From the NCBI RefSeq assembly GCF_006345805.1, contig NC_042997.1, positions 32,240,001-32,304,000 of the forward strand: a DNA stretch of 64,000 nucleotides, read 5' to 3'. The notes below the pieces were generated by a model, which worked only from the letters and a program-made list of their open reading frames with translations, ran no database searches and was not told the DNA's origin. How positions within the stretch are numbered: the stretch's first letter is position 1; each line of letters begins with the position of its first letter. The translations under genes were made by a program, and so were the position numbers. This document shows positions 1 through 10,265 of the stretch, piece after piece. This DNA is from Octopus sinensis. Lineage: Eukaryota.

Positions 1-235
1 ATATAGGTATATATGTGTGTGTGTGTTTGTGTGTCTGTGTTTGTCCCCCTAGCATTGCTTGACAACTGATGCTGGTGTGTTTATGTCCCCGTTACGGTTC
101 AGCAAAAGAGACTGATAGAATAAGTACTGGGCTTACAAAAGAATAAGTCACGGGGTCGAGTTGTTCGATTAAAGGCGGTGCTCCAGCATGGCTGCAGTCA
201 AATGACTGAAACAAGTAAAAGAGTAAAGAGAGAGT
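1..235 (+). mobile_element. SINE family B (CORE-like tRNA SINE), 3' half, truncated by the window edge
   Basis: GTTTGTCCCCCTAGCATTGCTTGACAAC...GGCGGTGCTCCAGCATGGCTGCAGTCAAATGACTGAAACAAGTAAAAGAG matches the 3' half of the full copies at 26561-26961 and 48210-48620. Confidence 0.85.
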
Positions 236-630
236 AACCGTAGGAAATATTACTTTGCTTGGAAACTGGTAAGGATTGGTGGCAATAAATTCTGTCTGGC
301 ACATTGCTGTTTTGAATTCAAAATGTCTTAATTGTTAAAGTCTACATCAAGCGGACCAAGCAAATTTCTGACATTTAATTCTAGACATTCCCAGATGTAA
401 ACAAAATTCACCAATTTTTCTCTATGGCTCATGTAAGTTCACCATTGCTCTAAACTCCACTTTTCTGTACTCGTATGTGTCAAATGAAATTCACCGAGGC
501 AGATTTTCTAAGGCTAAATGCCCTTCCTCTCACCTAACCTCACCTGTTCCCAATATTTCCCCATGACCAGACATGTTTACGTGGAAGATTGGAAATGGAC
601 ATGATGTTGAAGCTTGTTTACAATTATCAT

Positions 631-823
631 GTGCGGGTGGCACGTAAAAAGCACCCACTACACTCACGGAGTGGTTGGCGTTAGGAAGGGCATCCAGCCG
701 TAGAAACACTGCCAGATTTGACTGGGCCTGATGAAGCCTTCTGGCTTCACAGACCCCAGTAGAACCGTCCAACCCATGCTAGCATGGAAAACGGACGCTA
801 AACGATGATGATGATGATGATGA
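631..823 (+). mobile_element. Family A retroposon, 5'-truncated (terminal module and (ATG)n tail)
   Basis: GTGCGGGTGGCACGTAAAAAGCACCCACTACACTCACGGAGTGGTTGGCGTTAGGAAGGGCATCCAGCCGTAG...CCATGCTAGCATGG...(GAT)n, nearly identical to about 19745-19925. Confidence 0.9.
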
Positions 824-840
824 GGAAGAAAAGGATGCAC

Positions 841-843
<3 letters not shown>

Positions 844-885
<42 letters not shown>
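844..885. repeat. (CA)n microsatellite
   Basis: Directly visible perfect dinucleotide run. Confidence 0.95.
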
Positions 886-887
<2 letters not shown>

Positions 888-1143
888 TGGCTTCTTTTAA
901 TTTCAGTCTGCCAAATCCTCTCACAAGGCTATCGTCAAACTGACGCTGTGGTAGAAATTGTTTGCTGCAGTTGCAATTTGTATTTATTCATCAAATAAGC
1001 TTTGTTAGGCATTCATTTCAAAACCACTTTATTTCGGCTACATTTGTAATTTGTTCACCACGTAACTACTGTCTTCCATAACCTTTTTCAGTGTAACAGG
1101 ATTACTGACTGGCTGCTGCACTATTCTCTGCAATTGTATTTTT

Positions 1144-1628
1144 CAGGGCTGTGGAGTCGAAACAAAAGACTTTGACTCCAACTCCTCTACTATTGGCACC
1201 TCCGACTCTTTATGCCATTAACCCTTTCATTACTGTATTTATTTTGAGATGGTCTGTCTTTCTTTCAATTAATTTTAAATATAGCAAATAATTTAGTAAA
1301 ATAACTTAGTTATCATTAAGCTAGTGTTAGAAACATAAATTATGACTAAGGTTTAATGGAAGATTTTAATTTAAAACTTATGAAAACAAGACATTTGTAC
1401 TATAGAGTCAGAGCCGGTTTCAGCCGGGTTGGTATCGAAAGGGTTAAGTGATTGTGGTCTACGTAACTCATAAAGCATATGCATACGCTTGTACTTTGAG
1501 TAGGCCTATATATTATAACTGGTTTATATATAAAGTATAAAGATATTGCGAGTCAGAGTCAGTATAGTTTCACTGACTCCAACTACCCCTTAATTGTTTC
1601 TGACTCCCACTCCGACTCCACAGCCCTG
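1144..1628. mobile_element. hAT-like MITE (host of a nested piggyBac-like MITE)
   Basis: TIR CAGGGCTGTGGAGTCG / CGACTCCACAGCCCTG; 8-bp TSD GTATTTTT (1136-1143) / GTATTTTC (1629-1636). An 8-bp TSD with CAG...CTG ends is typical of hAT. Confidence 0.8.
1222..1443. mobile_element. piggyBac-like MITE family 1
   Basis: TTAA TSD at 1218-1221 and 1444-1447; ends CCCTTTC...GAAAGGG; second copy at 30193-30412. Confidence 0.85.
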
Positions 1629-1893
1629 GTATTTTCCCCATATGACTTTAGGATATTCCAGATAGTCCTTTTAAAGTTGTTACACTATCCAAAAAGTGTT
1701 TCATTAGTTTACTCTTTAGTTCCATTTTCTTTGGACTTCTGCAACTAGTTAAATGTCTTGTATACCATAGTAAATAAAATTCTTACATTTAGTTTTTGAA
1801 TTTTTACGGCAAACTATCAAATATGTTTTTTTTTTAAAAAAAGATAGAGACCCACAGTATCTGAACATATCATAAGCAAGAGTATAGAATATT

Positions 1894-1896
<3 letters not shown>

Positions 1897-1925
<29 letters not shown>

Positions 1926-1945
1926 ACACACACACACACACACAC

Positions 1946-1988
<43 letters not shown>
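1897..1988. repeat. compound (CA)n(TA)n microsatellite
   Basis: Directly visible. Confidence 0.95.
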
Positions 1989-1992
<4 letters not shown>

Positions 1993-2478
1993 TGAAGATA
2001 ATGAAATGGATTCCAAATAAAATAAGCATAAGATCATTATATCAGTTTTCATTTGTAATGTAATTTTGCTTCAACAGACATTTTTCATTATTCTTCACGT
2101 TTCTCCATCAGACGGCCATCAAGAAGGTTCTATGTGAAAGAATATTTGGCTTTTCTTTCTTTTTTTTTTCTCGTCTTCAATTCTTTCCTCAGCATTTCAT
2201 GAATACTAAAATAAAATCATACAATTAATTAATTGAAGGATTAACCTGGGATTGATCTGTGAACACATTTGTTTATTTTGAACACAATAGACACAAATAG
2301 ACAGAGATTGAGTGGGGAGATGGGACCAAACTATCTATTGCCTGTGTGTGTGTTTGTTCCCACATTTGGTTTAAAATACAGAAAAAGAAAAATGCTGTAC
2401 TGTTTTATTTATTTATTTATCACTGTCTCTAACAAGTGTTTTCTTGCTGCAAAGTATTAGGTTACTTTTCTTCTTCAG

Positions 2479-2546
2479 TCTGAAGAATTTGACTTGAAAG
2501 TTTAAACCCAGACACAACATACCTCACAGCCATGGCTAGCAACCAA
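2479..2546 (+). CDS. candidate start-codon exon (5' UTR plus MASNQ, phase-0 donor), unverified
   Basis: Acceptor TTTTCTTCTTCAG, Kozak-like CAGCC-ATG-G at 2532, in-frame upstream TGA stops, donor CAA|GTAATT. No homology is recognisable from 5 residues. Confidence 0.2.
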
Positions 2547-2963
2547 GTAATTGGTTATTTCCTCATGTAGTCTTTGCATTCACTAACATTGATTATTCAA
2601 AGCTAAGTATGCGTGTAAGCACAGATTGTTCAAAATTTGTGTGTGGAGATATGTTGCCTAGTAACAATGGTGTTGCACACATGATCGTCAGATCATCAGA
2701 TCCCAGACTGATGGGTGGTATGTTGTGTTCTTGAGAAAGAACTCTTCAATTTGCATTGTTCTAGTACTGTGTGGAGACCAGCATGCCAAAGAATAAACTC
2801 GTTCCCTTTGCATATCATAAAAGGCAACTAAAAGTGGTTGAAGTAGGAGTTGTACTCTGACCTCAAAAAAACAAAAACTAAAAAAACCCTCATCTGCAAC
2901 AACTACCCAAAGAGATCCATGGGCTGGAGGGTTTTTGCCTGAGTGATGCAGTGGTGTCATCCA

Positions 2964-3064
2964 CCACCAGGAGTAATAGGGAATCACCTAGAAATGGTGG
3001 ATGCAGCAATGTGCTGTTACAGCTAATAAAATTCATTACATAATTTCTGTTCTTGTGTCATTTA

Positions 3065-3102
<38 letters not shown>

Positions 3103-3117
3103 GCATGTATGTATGTA

Positions 3118-3148
<31 letters not shown>

Positions 3149-3264
3149 ATGTATATATATATATATTATATATATATATATATATTCGGTTAAGTAATTG
3201 AGATTCTAGTGAATTCTAAAGAATTCACATTCTTGTTGCTTTTTTCCATTCTTGTTGCTTTTTT

Positions 3265-3318
<54 letters not shown>

Positions 3319-3425
3319 ATTAAATAAATGACACAAGAACAGAAATTATGTAATTAATTTTATTAGCTGTAACAGCACATTGCTGCATCCACCATTTCTA
3401 GGTGATTCCCTATTACTCCTGGTGG
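2964..3425. repeat. long inverted repeat (108-bp arms, 1 mismatch) enclosing (TA)n/(TG)n tracts
   Basis: 2964-3071 is the reverse complement of 3318-3425 (CCACCAGGAGTAATAGGGAATCACCTAG...TCATTTATTTAATT). Confidence 0.9.
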
Positions 3426-3430
3426 AGTAA

Positions 3431-4300
3431 TCAAAATAGATGAACATCAATGGAATTTGTATCTTTGTGATACCAGTGCCTGTGGTACCAGTGCCTGTGG
3501 CACACAAGAAATCCATCCGAACGTGGCCGTAGTCAGTACCGCATCGACTGGTCATCGTGCTGTGGGCACATAACAAACACCATCCGATCGTGGCCGTTCG
3601 CCAGCCTCATCTAGCACCTGTGTCGGTGGCACATAAAAACACCATCCGAAGACCCGGCAAGACTAGTCAGGCCATATCCCATGGCCCATACCTGGGACGT
3701 AGTCAGTCCACCTGTGCATACCTTCCTCCTTGTGATACTTGTGAAGGCCTGTTGAGGCAAGTGAAAATCAAAATGAAATCAAAACAAATCAAATCAAATC
3801 AAATCAAAATAGATGAACATTAATGGAATTGTATCTTTGTGGTACCAGTGCCGGTGGCACGTGGCACACAAGAAAACCATCCGAACGTGGCCGTAGCCAG
3901 TACCGCATCGACTGGCCTCCGTGCTGTGGGCACGTAACAAACACATCCGATCATGGCCGTTTGCCAGCCTCATCTGGCACCTGTGTCGGTGGCACATAAA
4001 AACACCATCCGAGCGTGGCCGTCTGCCAGCCTCATCTGGCACCTGTGTCGGTGGCACATAAAAAACACCATCCGAGCGTGGCCGTTTGCCAGCCTCGTCT
4101 GGCACCTGTGTCGGTGGCACATAAAATCACCCACTACACTCTCGGAGTGGTTGGCGTTAGGAAGGGCATCCAGCTGTAGAAACACTGCCAGATCTGACTG
4201 GACTGGTGCAGCTTTCGGGCTCCCCAGACCCCAGTTGAACCGTCCAACCCATGCTAGCATGGAAAGCGGACGTTAAATGATGATGATGATGATGATGATG
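3431..4300 (+). mobile_element. Family A retroposon, long concatemeric copy (373-bp head-to-tail duplication, about 60-bp hairpin modules, terminal module, (ATG)n tail)
   Basis: TCAAAATAGATGAACAT restarts at 3431 and 3804; repeated modules GCCAG-loop-CTGGC-N4-GTG(C/T)CGGTGGCAC-(G/A)TAAAAA-CACCATCCG; same 3' end as the other family A copies. Confidence 0.85.
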
Positions 4301-4304
4301 TATA

Positions 4305-4772
4305 ATCTTTCTTACATCTACTTCTCCATGCTTGCTTGAATGTGACAGATTCTTTTTGCTAGATGATCTTTTGCCAATCCCAACCGGCTTCCAAGCCATG
4401 TAATGTTTCCGCATGACTGAACATGTTTGCATGGAAGATTGATAACAAATGACACCACTTGTATGACAGTAATGCTTGTTTACAACCATCATGCAATGTC
4501 AAGATGAAGAGGCGCAAACAGATACACATATACATACATGTATATACATGTGTGTATGTGTGTGCATGTTTGTATACATGTGCACGTACGCTCACACACA
4601 CACACAGAAGCTTCATTCAGTTTCAGTCTACTAAATTCACTCATAAGGCTGTGGTCTGCCTAGGGCTTCACTAGAAGACATTTGTGCAAGGTATCATACG
4701 TACACTAGGACTGAACTGAAAACTGCATGGTTAGAAGCAAACTTGTTAACCATATAGCCATTACTGTGCCTT
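4305..4772 (-). mobile_element. SINE family F, old full-length copy
   Basis: Reverse complement of head (...TTCAGTTTCAGTCTACTAAATTCACTCATAAGG...AGAAGACATTTGTGCAAGG), internal CA/TG microsatellite and tail. Confidence 0.65.
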
Positions 4773-5721
4773 AAATCTGTAAAATATATAAAATAGTCAA
4801 AATTAATATGCAGTTTATTTTTCACTGCAATGTTTTTATAGTCTATTTTGATTTATGACACTCCATCACTTTCCCCTAGTGTGTTATTTCTACAATATTA
4901 AGATTTGTATGATATTAAACAGGTTTTTATTCCTCTCTTGTTAAATAAAAGATACAGAAACATTTTTTTTCCCTTCACTTGTTAAACAAAGAAAATTTTT
5001 AAAAAAAAAAAAAAATTAATGTAAGTGAAGAAAAAATGTTTGTTTATATTAAAGTAATTGGAAACATCACAATTGAAGCATTTGTAAGCATTTGAAATAT
5101 TCTATAGTTTTGCAAATGCTTAGTTTTTGTTAATATTTGTTTTTCAGCTGTGTTATTTTCTTTCTTTTCTTTAAGCATTTAAATATGAAAAAATTTATAA
5201 TGATAATAATGACAACAACAGCAACAATAATAATAATAATTTGAAAAATGTGAATAAACATTGAGGAAAATGTTAATCTTCTGTACTACTTCCCTTTTGG
5301 CAATATTACCAAATTTTTATAGACACTCAATGCTAAGTGAAAGTTGTTTCTAGCTTACTTATATCACTATGAAGCATTTTGGCTCTGAAATTTTGTCATA
5401 TGATATTGGCTGAGGGCAACAAGTTGCAACAGCGAATTTTATACATTTTTAACTATCATTTGCATCTTGACTAGGAAAACAATAATTTCTTATACAGTTA
5501 TCAAAATAATAATGATGATGCTTTCTAAAGATATGCACAAGTCCCACAAGTATTTTGAGGTGGGATATGTCAACTAAATCAGACTGCAGTGTATTACTGG
5601 TATTCATGCTTGTTGACTCCAGTGTGGTTTGAACTCCATGTAAGGATCAAAGTAAATAATGTATTTAATCTGATGTGCTTCTGTATCAGCTGTTCTGTTC
5701 TCCTTGATATAATAGTAATGA

Positions 5722-5900
5722 TAAAAAGCACCCACTACACTCTCAGAGTGGTTGGCATTAGGAAGGGCATCCAGCTGTAGAAACTCTGCCAGATCAAGAT
5801 TGGAGCCTGGTGCAGTCATCTAGTTTGCCAGTCCTCAGTCAAATTGTCCAACCCATGCTAGCATGGAAAGCGGACGTTAAACGATGATGATGATGATAGT
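5722..5900 (+). mobile_element. Family A retroposon, terminal module only
   Basis: TAAAAAGCACCCACTACACTCTCAGAGTGGTTGGCATTAGGAAGGGCATCC...CCATGCTAGCATGGAAAGCGGACGTTAAACGATGATG. Confidence 0.85.
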
Positions 5901-5924
5901 GCTTGTAGTGATGATGATAATGAT

Positions 5925-6345
5925 AATTTTCTTATAGAGCCACAAGGCCTGAAATTTGTGGGAGGGCAACATTCACTTATATCAACCACAGTAATTAACT
6001 GGAACTTTATTTTATTGAATCTCAGAGAAATACGTATGGCAAAGTTAACCTTGGCAGGATTTGCACCAGAATGTAAAGAGCGAGAATGAATATTGTATCG
6101 CTGTTTTCCCCAAGCCCCAATGATTCAGCTAATCTCTGCCCTCGTATCAAAAATGACAATATTAATTTTTTAATATAGTCACAAGGTCTGAAATTTGGGG
6201 GAGAAGAACAGTTGATTATATCAACCCTAGTGTTTCACTGGTACTTTATCAACTCCAGAGGGATAAAAGCCAAAGTTGACCTCTGGGATTTGAAGCTGAA
6301 GACATAAGAGCTGAAACTAAATATCATAAGGTATTTTGTCTGATA
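5925..6345 (-). mobile_element. two adjacent old copies of SINE family C
   Basis: Two successive CACAAGG(C/T)CTGAAATTTG...ACTGG(A/T)ACTTT...GGCAAAGTTAACC/GCCAAAGTTGACC segments, diverged from the younger copies. Confidence 0.55.
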
Positions 6346-6350
6346 CTCTA

Positions 6351-6497
6351 ATGATTATAGTAGATGCACTGAGAGCAGTTAGTAAAAGGTTGGAAGCATG
6401 GCTTAAGAAGCTAGGAATTACCATAAGAAGAGGGCTGTTGCAGAAAACAGCCTTGTTAGGAACAGTAAGGATTCTAAGGAAGGTGTTAGAAAGTTGA
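6351..6497 (+). pseudogene. R4/Dong-type non-LTR retrotransposon, C-terminal (REL endonuclease end) fragment
   Basis: Hand translation MIIVDALRAVSKRLEAWLKKLGITIRRGLLQKTALLGTVRILRKVLES* fits the ...IGALG.V.K.L..WL..LGI.....LQK.ALLGTARILR.VL C-terminus I recall for R4/Dong-clade ORFs. Confidence 0.75.
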
Positions 6498-6554
6498 AGA
6501 AGGAATGACCCAAAGGACCTTTGGCCATTTAATATGGTTCACTCTTTTGATATA

Positions 6555-6787
6555 TATTTGTTTATTGCCCACAAGGGGCTAAACATAGAGTGGACAAACA
6601 AGGACAGACAAACGGATTAAGTCGATTACATCGACCCCAGTGCGTAACTGGTACTTTATTCATTGACCCCCGAAAGGATGAAAGGCAAAGCCGACCTCGG
6701 TGGAATTTGAACTCAGAACGTAACGGCAGACGAAATACGGCTACGAATTTCGCCCGGCGTGCTAACGTTTCTGCCAGCTCACTGCCT
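6555..6787 (-). mobile_element. SINE family C (tRNA-like head, GCCTTTCATCCTTTCGGGGTC central domain), young copy
   Basis: Reverse strand: A box TGGCAGAAACG, B box GAGTTCAAATTCC, central domain and AT-rich tail; near-identical to 14684-14895 and 47101-47299. Confidence 0.85.
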
Positions 6788-8829
6788 TTTGATATAGTGT
6801 CAGTATAACACCTGCCAGAGCAAACACATCAATGAAAATAATTCTAAGGTAGATACAAGGCCTGAAATTTGTGGGTAAGAGATAAGTCAGTTACATTGGA
6901 TTCCTCCACCTCCAGTACATGACTGGTACTTTCCATTTACTGAATGACTGCCATAATTATAACAGTAATTATAACAGTAATTTGAGAGCTGTCTTAGTGT
7001 AAATTAGCATCTGTTTGGTAATATTGTCACAGAGTAATAGTACCAGCAGGAGGTAATCTTTTGATAGGTCAGAGTCTATAATTTAGCTGTTGTTTTTAAA
7101 CCTTAAGTCATCCTTCACCAAACAGATCAAAAACATAGAAATCATATTCATCGTCTCTGTTTCTTTCCTTGCATAAAATATCCTGAATTACATTATATAA
7201 TGATCTATCTAAAAGAGAGATGGCTGCTATTCCTAGCTGGTCAAGTAGAGAGATTCACTTGTGAGCTTAGCAATGTCACTTAGTTTATATCACTAATGCA
7301 CAAATAAAGCAGGAATGTTACTACTTTCTTTCATTCTCCTCTTCTAAGAATCTTCGTACATGGCTAGTGATGACAACAAAATGCCATTCTAGGGTATCTG
7401 CATCTAAAAACTTTGACCCCTCATCCCCATGTAAAATTATATAGAATTATGGACCCTTGGCTCTTAAACTTGATTTGTGGCTTAGACTCTGTTTTATTTA
7501 GATTAACTAAATCAGACCTCATCAAGAAGACCTACATAAATACATCCATTTTAAAGATCTTAGGATGAAAATTAAAGGAGTTTTAGCTGCTATTTCTTGT
7601 CGTTTGGATAATGCATTGAAATTTCCTTGACTTATAAAAGATCTGTTACAAATACTGGTTAATGCTGCTTTTGTAAATAATAACCCTCAATACATGTAAC
7701 TGTGTTAATGTGGATGACTGAATCTGGTTAGTAAACCAAGAAGATGATTCCATGGCCAAGATATTTAATGCTTTTGAAGTAGTGCAGAATGGATATTTCA
7801 TTAAGTAGTTCACTTCATGGCCACATGCTGCAATTCTACTGTGCAGAAGTCTGCTTTGTGTGTGCATGTATACGCATGGGTGCATATATGTATATGGATG
7901 TACATATGTGTGTGAGTATGTGCATATGTACACGAGTGCATGCATGTGTGTATGTATGTATGTATTTTACCTTTCTGATAGATAAGATACCAGTTGATGC
8001 AAGATAATTTTCGATTTTCTTCCCCAAAATATATATTTAAGTTAATAAATTTATCTCAAATAAAATCACAAGAGCAAAATCGATTAAAGACTAAGATGAT
8101 AGAGGTTTCTTACCATTTTATTGATGGATACATTGATATTGGTTTGAGCTTTGTGAACAACTGTACATACAATTATAACTTCCCCACTCCAACCCTTGAT
8201 CTGGTACCATCTTTTCTTTGAAGCCTGACCTACTCAAATTTGATCAATTCATTCTAAGATTTCTTTGACTTAGGTTCTTTATCTTAGTTGGCAACTCAGT
8301 GTGCTTTATTTACCTGTCTTGCGCATTATGACACATTAGTTCTAACACTTATGTATTCTTTTGGAGAACATGATATGGAATTTAAGAGAATAAATAGGTT
8401 TTTCAGATGAATAGTTAGAATTAGTAATCCCAACAAATAATACATTTTTTAACATAAAGAAATATTTATAGTTTAAGGCCCCGACCATCATCACCACACC
8501 TAGTCTTTGCATGCTTTCAACAAAAGTTCACTTTTTTAATTAAAGGGATTCAGACTATACTCCTAGTTCCCACACACCTATGTTTTTACTGCAAACATTT
8601 TTTTTAACTGCAGATAGCCTGGCTGGGCATCTGCCATATCAATCTCACCACTCTTGGAGGGCCTTCAAAGGTCATCACTACCTCTCTTCCTCCTTTGACT
8701 AACTTATGAAAACAAAGTATAAATTTAAATGTTACTTGTCATCTTGTCATAATTCAGAGATCTCTTCTACATGCATCACAACTTCAATGTGTTGTTTTTC
8801 AAACTTGTTTGTATCCAGCTTGTCTGTTA

Positions 8830-8869
8830 CATACATATATATATACATATATATATACATATATATACA

Positions 8870-8946
<77 letters not shown>
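8830..8946. repeat. compound (TA)n(CA)n microsatellite
   Basis: Directly visible. Confidence 0.95.
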
Positions 8947-8949
<3 letters not shown>

Positions 8950-9929
8950 TTATTTATATTGAACAAACATAATCTAATTCCTTTCTTTGTTTCCATTTGT
9001 TGCCGAATATTTACCTTCTCTATCTCTCAGTTTTATTTGTACATATATTATCTGATCTTCCTTTCAAAGTTATATAGAAAAGTTCTTTATTTTGATTTTA
9101 TAAAACTTATATAGGTTATAACCTTTATAAAGCATATATAGGTTATATGGTCCTGTTCAACATTCCTGACTAAGACACTAGTTTTATCTGGGTACATTGT
9201 TGTAGTTTATTCGATTAACAGTGGCAACTATTCTTTAAACTTTTGCCAAAAAAAGTTTACCAATATACTGTTCAGTATACCTGTACTATTATATCCTGTA
9301 ATTGACAGAACTAGTTTTTGTATGATTCACTCAGTAAACCACAAACTTTATAGACTTTGTTGTGTTATTTGTGGATTTTGTTACATTGTAAGCTACTCCA
9401 GATTGTTTGATATGTGATCTCTGGAAAAGATTTTGTTTTCATACAATGTATCTCAAGCAACTCAGCTTAGCAGAGCCCATTTCCAAATTGTATTTGAACT
9501 TGACAGAGAAAGCAAACAAAATACTCATTAGTTTTTGCACTGCTGTATATATTGTCCCTGTACTGTGTGTAGTACCTATTTACATCTATGTGGACTAAAC
9601 CATGAGAGTTCACTGTTTAAGTTATAGATTGTTAATGAGAGGCTACAAGTTGCTGACTTTTGGGCTGATTGTCCAGCCTTTCAACCGATAATACCACTAG
9701 TATAACGATTTCTGAGACTGGAATACTATGTGAAAGAGAGTAGGGGTTTTGAGTGCAGGCATAGAAAGTTAGCATATTTTATAGAGTAGAAGTAATTTCA
9801 GTAGCCATGTGAAGATGCAATGCTTCAATTTAAGCAAAGCAATGTGATACACCTTTTCTTTTCACTTTCCATTTTCCATTTCGGGTTGATTTGAAATCAG
9901 TAATTTTAAATAGATATGACTGTTTAGAA

Positions 9930-10265
9930 CAGTGGTACTCAACCAGGGTCCATACAGCCTCCGAGGGTCCATATAAGAGTTTTGGTTGTCCATACAACAA
10001 AATAGTAAATTGGGGATCCACAATAATATTTAAAGGGCTGCTGAAAAAAATTTTGCTTCAGATGTATTGCCAGAAATAGCTAGGTTTCTTTCTCTGACAT
10101 TTTACATAGTTCAATCTACACAAGTTAATGTGTGACAAACAAAATAGGAATTTTGGAAGAGATTTCTATAAGACTAGTTTTTAAACATTGGTTGGCTATG
10201 AGGGTCCACCAGAATAAAATAGTAATCAAAGGGGTCCATAGATAAAAAACGGTTGAGCACCCCTG
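9930..10265. mobile_element. hAT (Charlie-like) MITE
   Basis: Ends CAGTGGTACTCAACC / GGTTGAGCACCCCTG; 8-bp TSD GTTTAGAA (9922-9929) / GTATAGAA (10266-10273). Confidence 0.75.

Larger units (their letters stand above)
450..955 (-). mobile_element. SINE family F (CORE-like head, internal CA microsatellite, AGGAAGGGCATCC-type tail), old copy split by a family A insertion at 631-823
   Basis: 450-630 and 824-955 match the reverse complement of the family F copies at 46540-46885 and 48712-49046. Confidence 0.6.

Noticed and set aside
728-760. CTGATGA followed by a hairpin in family A (also 19841)
   Set aside because: No GAAA follows stem II, and other copies read CTGATGC or CTGGTGC. It is part of a plain long hairpin, not a hammerhead.
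530-772. Recurrent ORFs beginning MDGSTGV(C/W)EARRLHQAQS (also 19550-19885, 36673-37014, 57268-57579, 3970-4260), which look like a small gene family
   Set aside because: They are antisense translations of the family A terminal module; frames and lengths differ between copies.
3848-4130. CRISPR-like appearance of the hairpin modules
   Set aside because: Eukaryotic context, no cas genes, and the inter-hairpin segments are homologous to each other rather than unique spacers.
4160-4200. AACACTGCCA resembling the 5' part of twister ribozymes
   Set aside because: The downstream twister elements (GUCC(C/U)AAGC and pseudoknot partners) are absent.
8771-9114. ORFs rich in IY/CV/HT repeats (also near 1.9, 21, 22, 28.7, 37.6, 60.6 and 61-62 kb)
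   Set aside because: Translations of (TA)n/(CA)n microsatellites.
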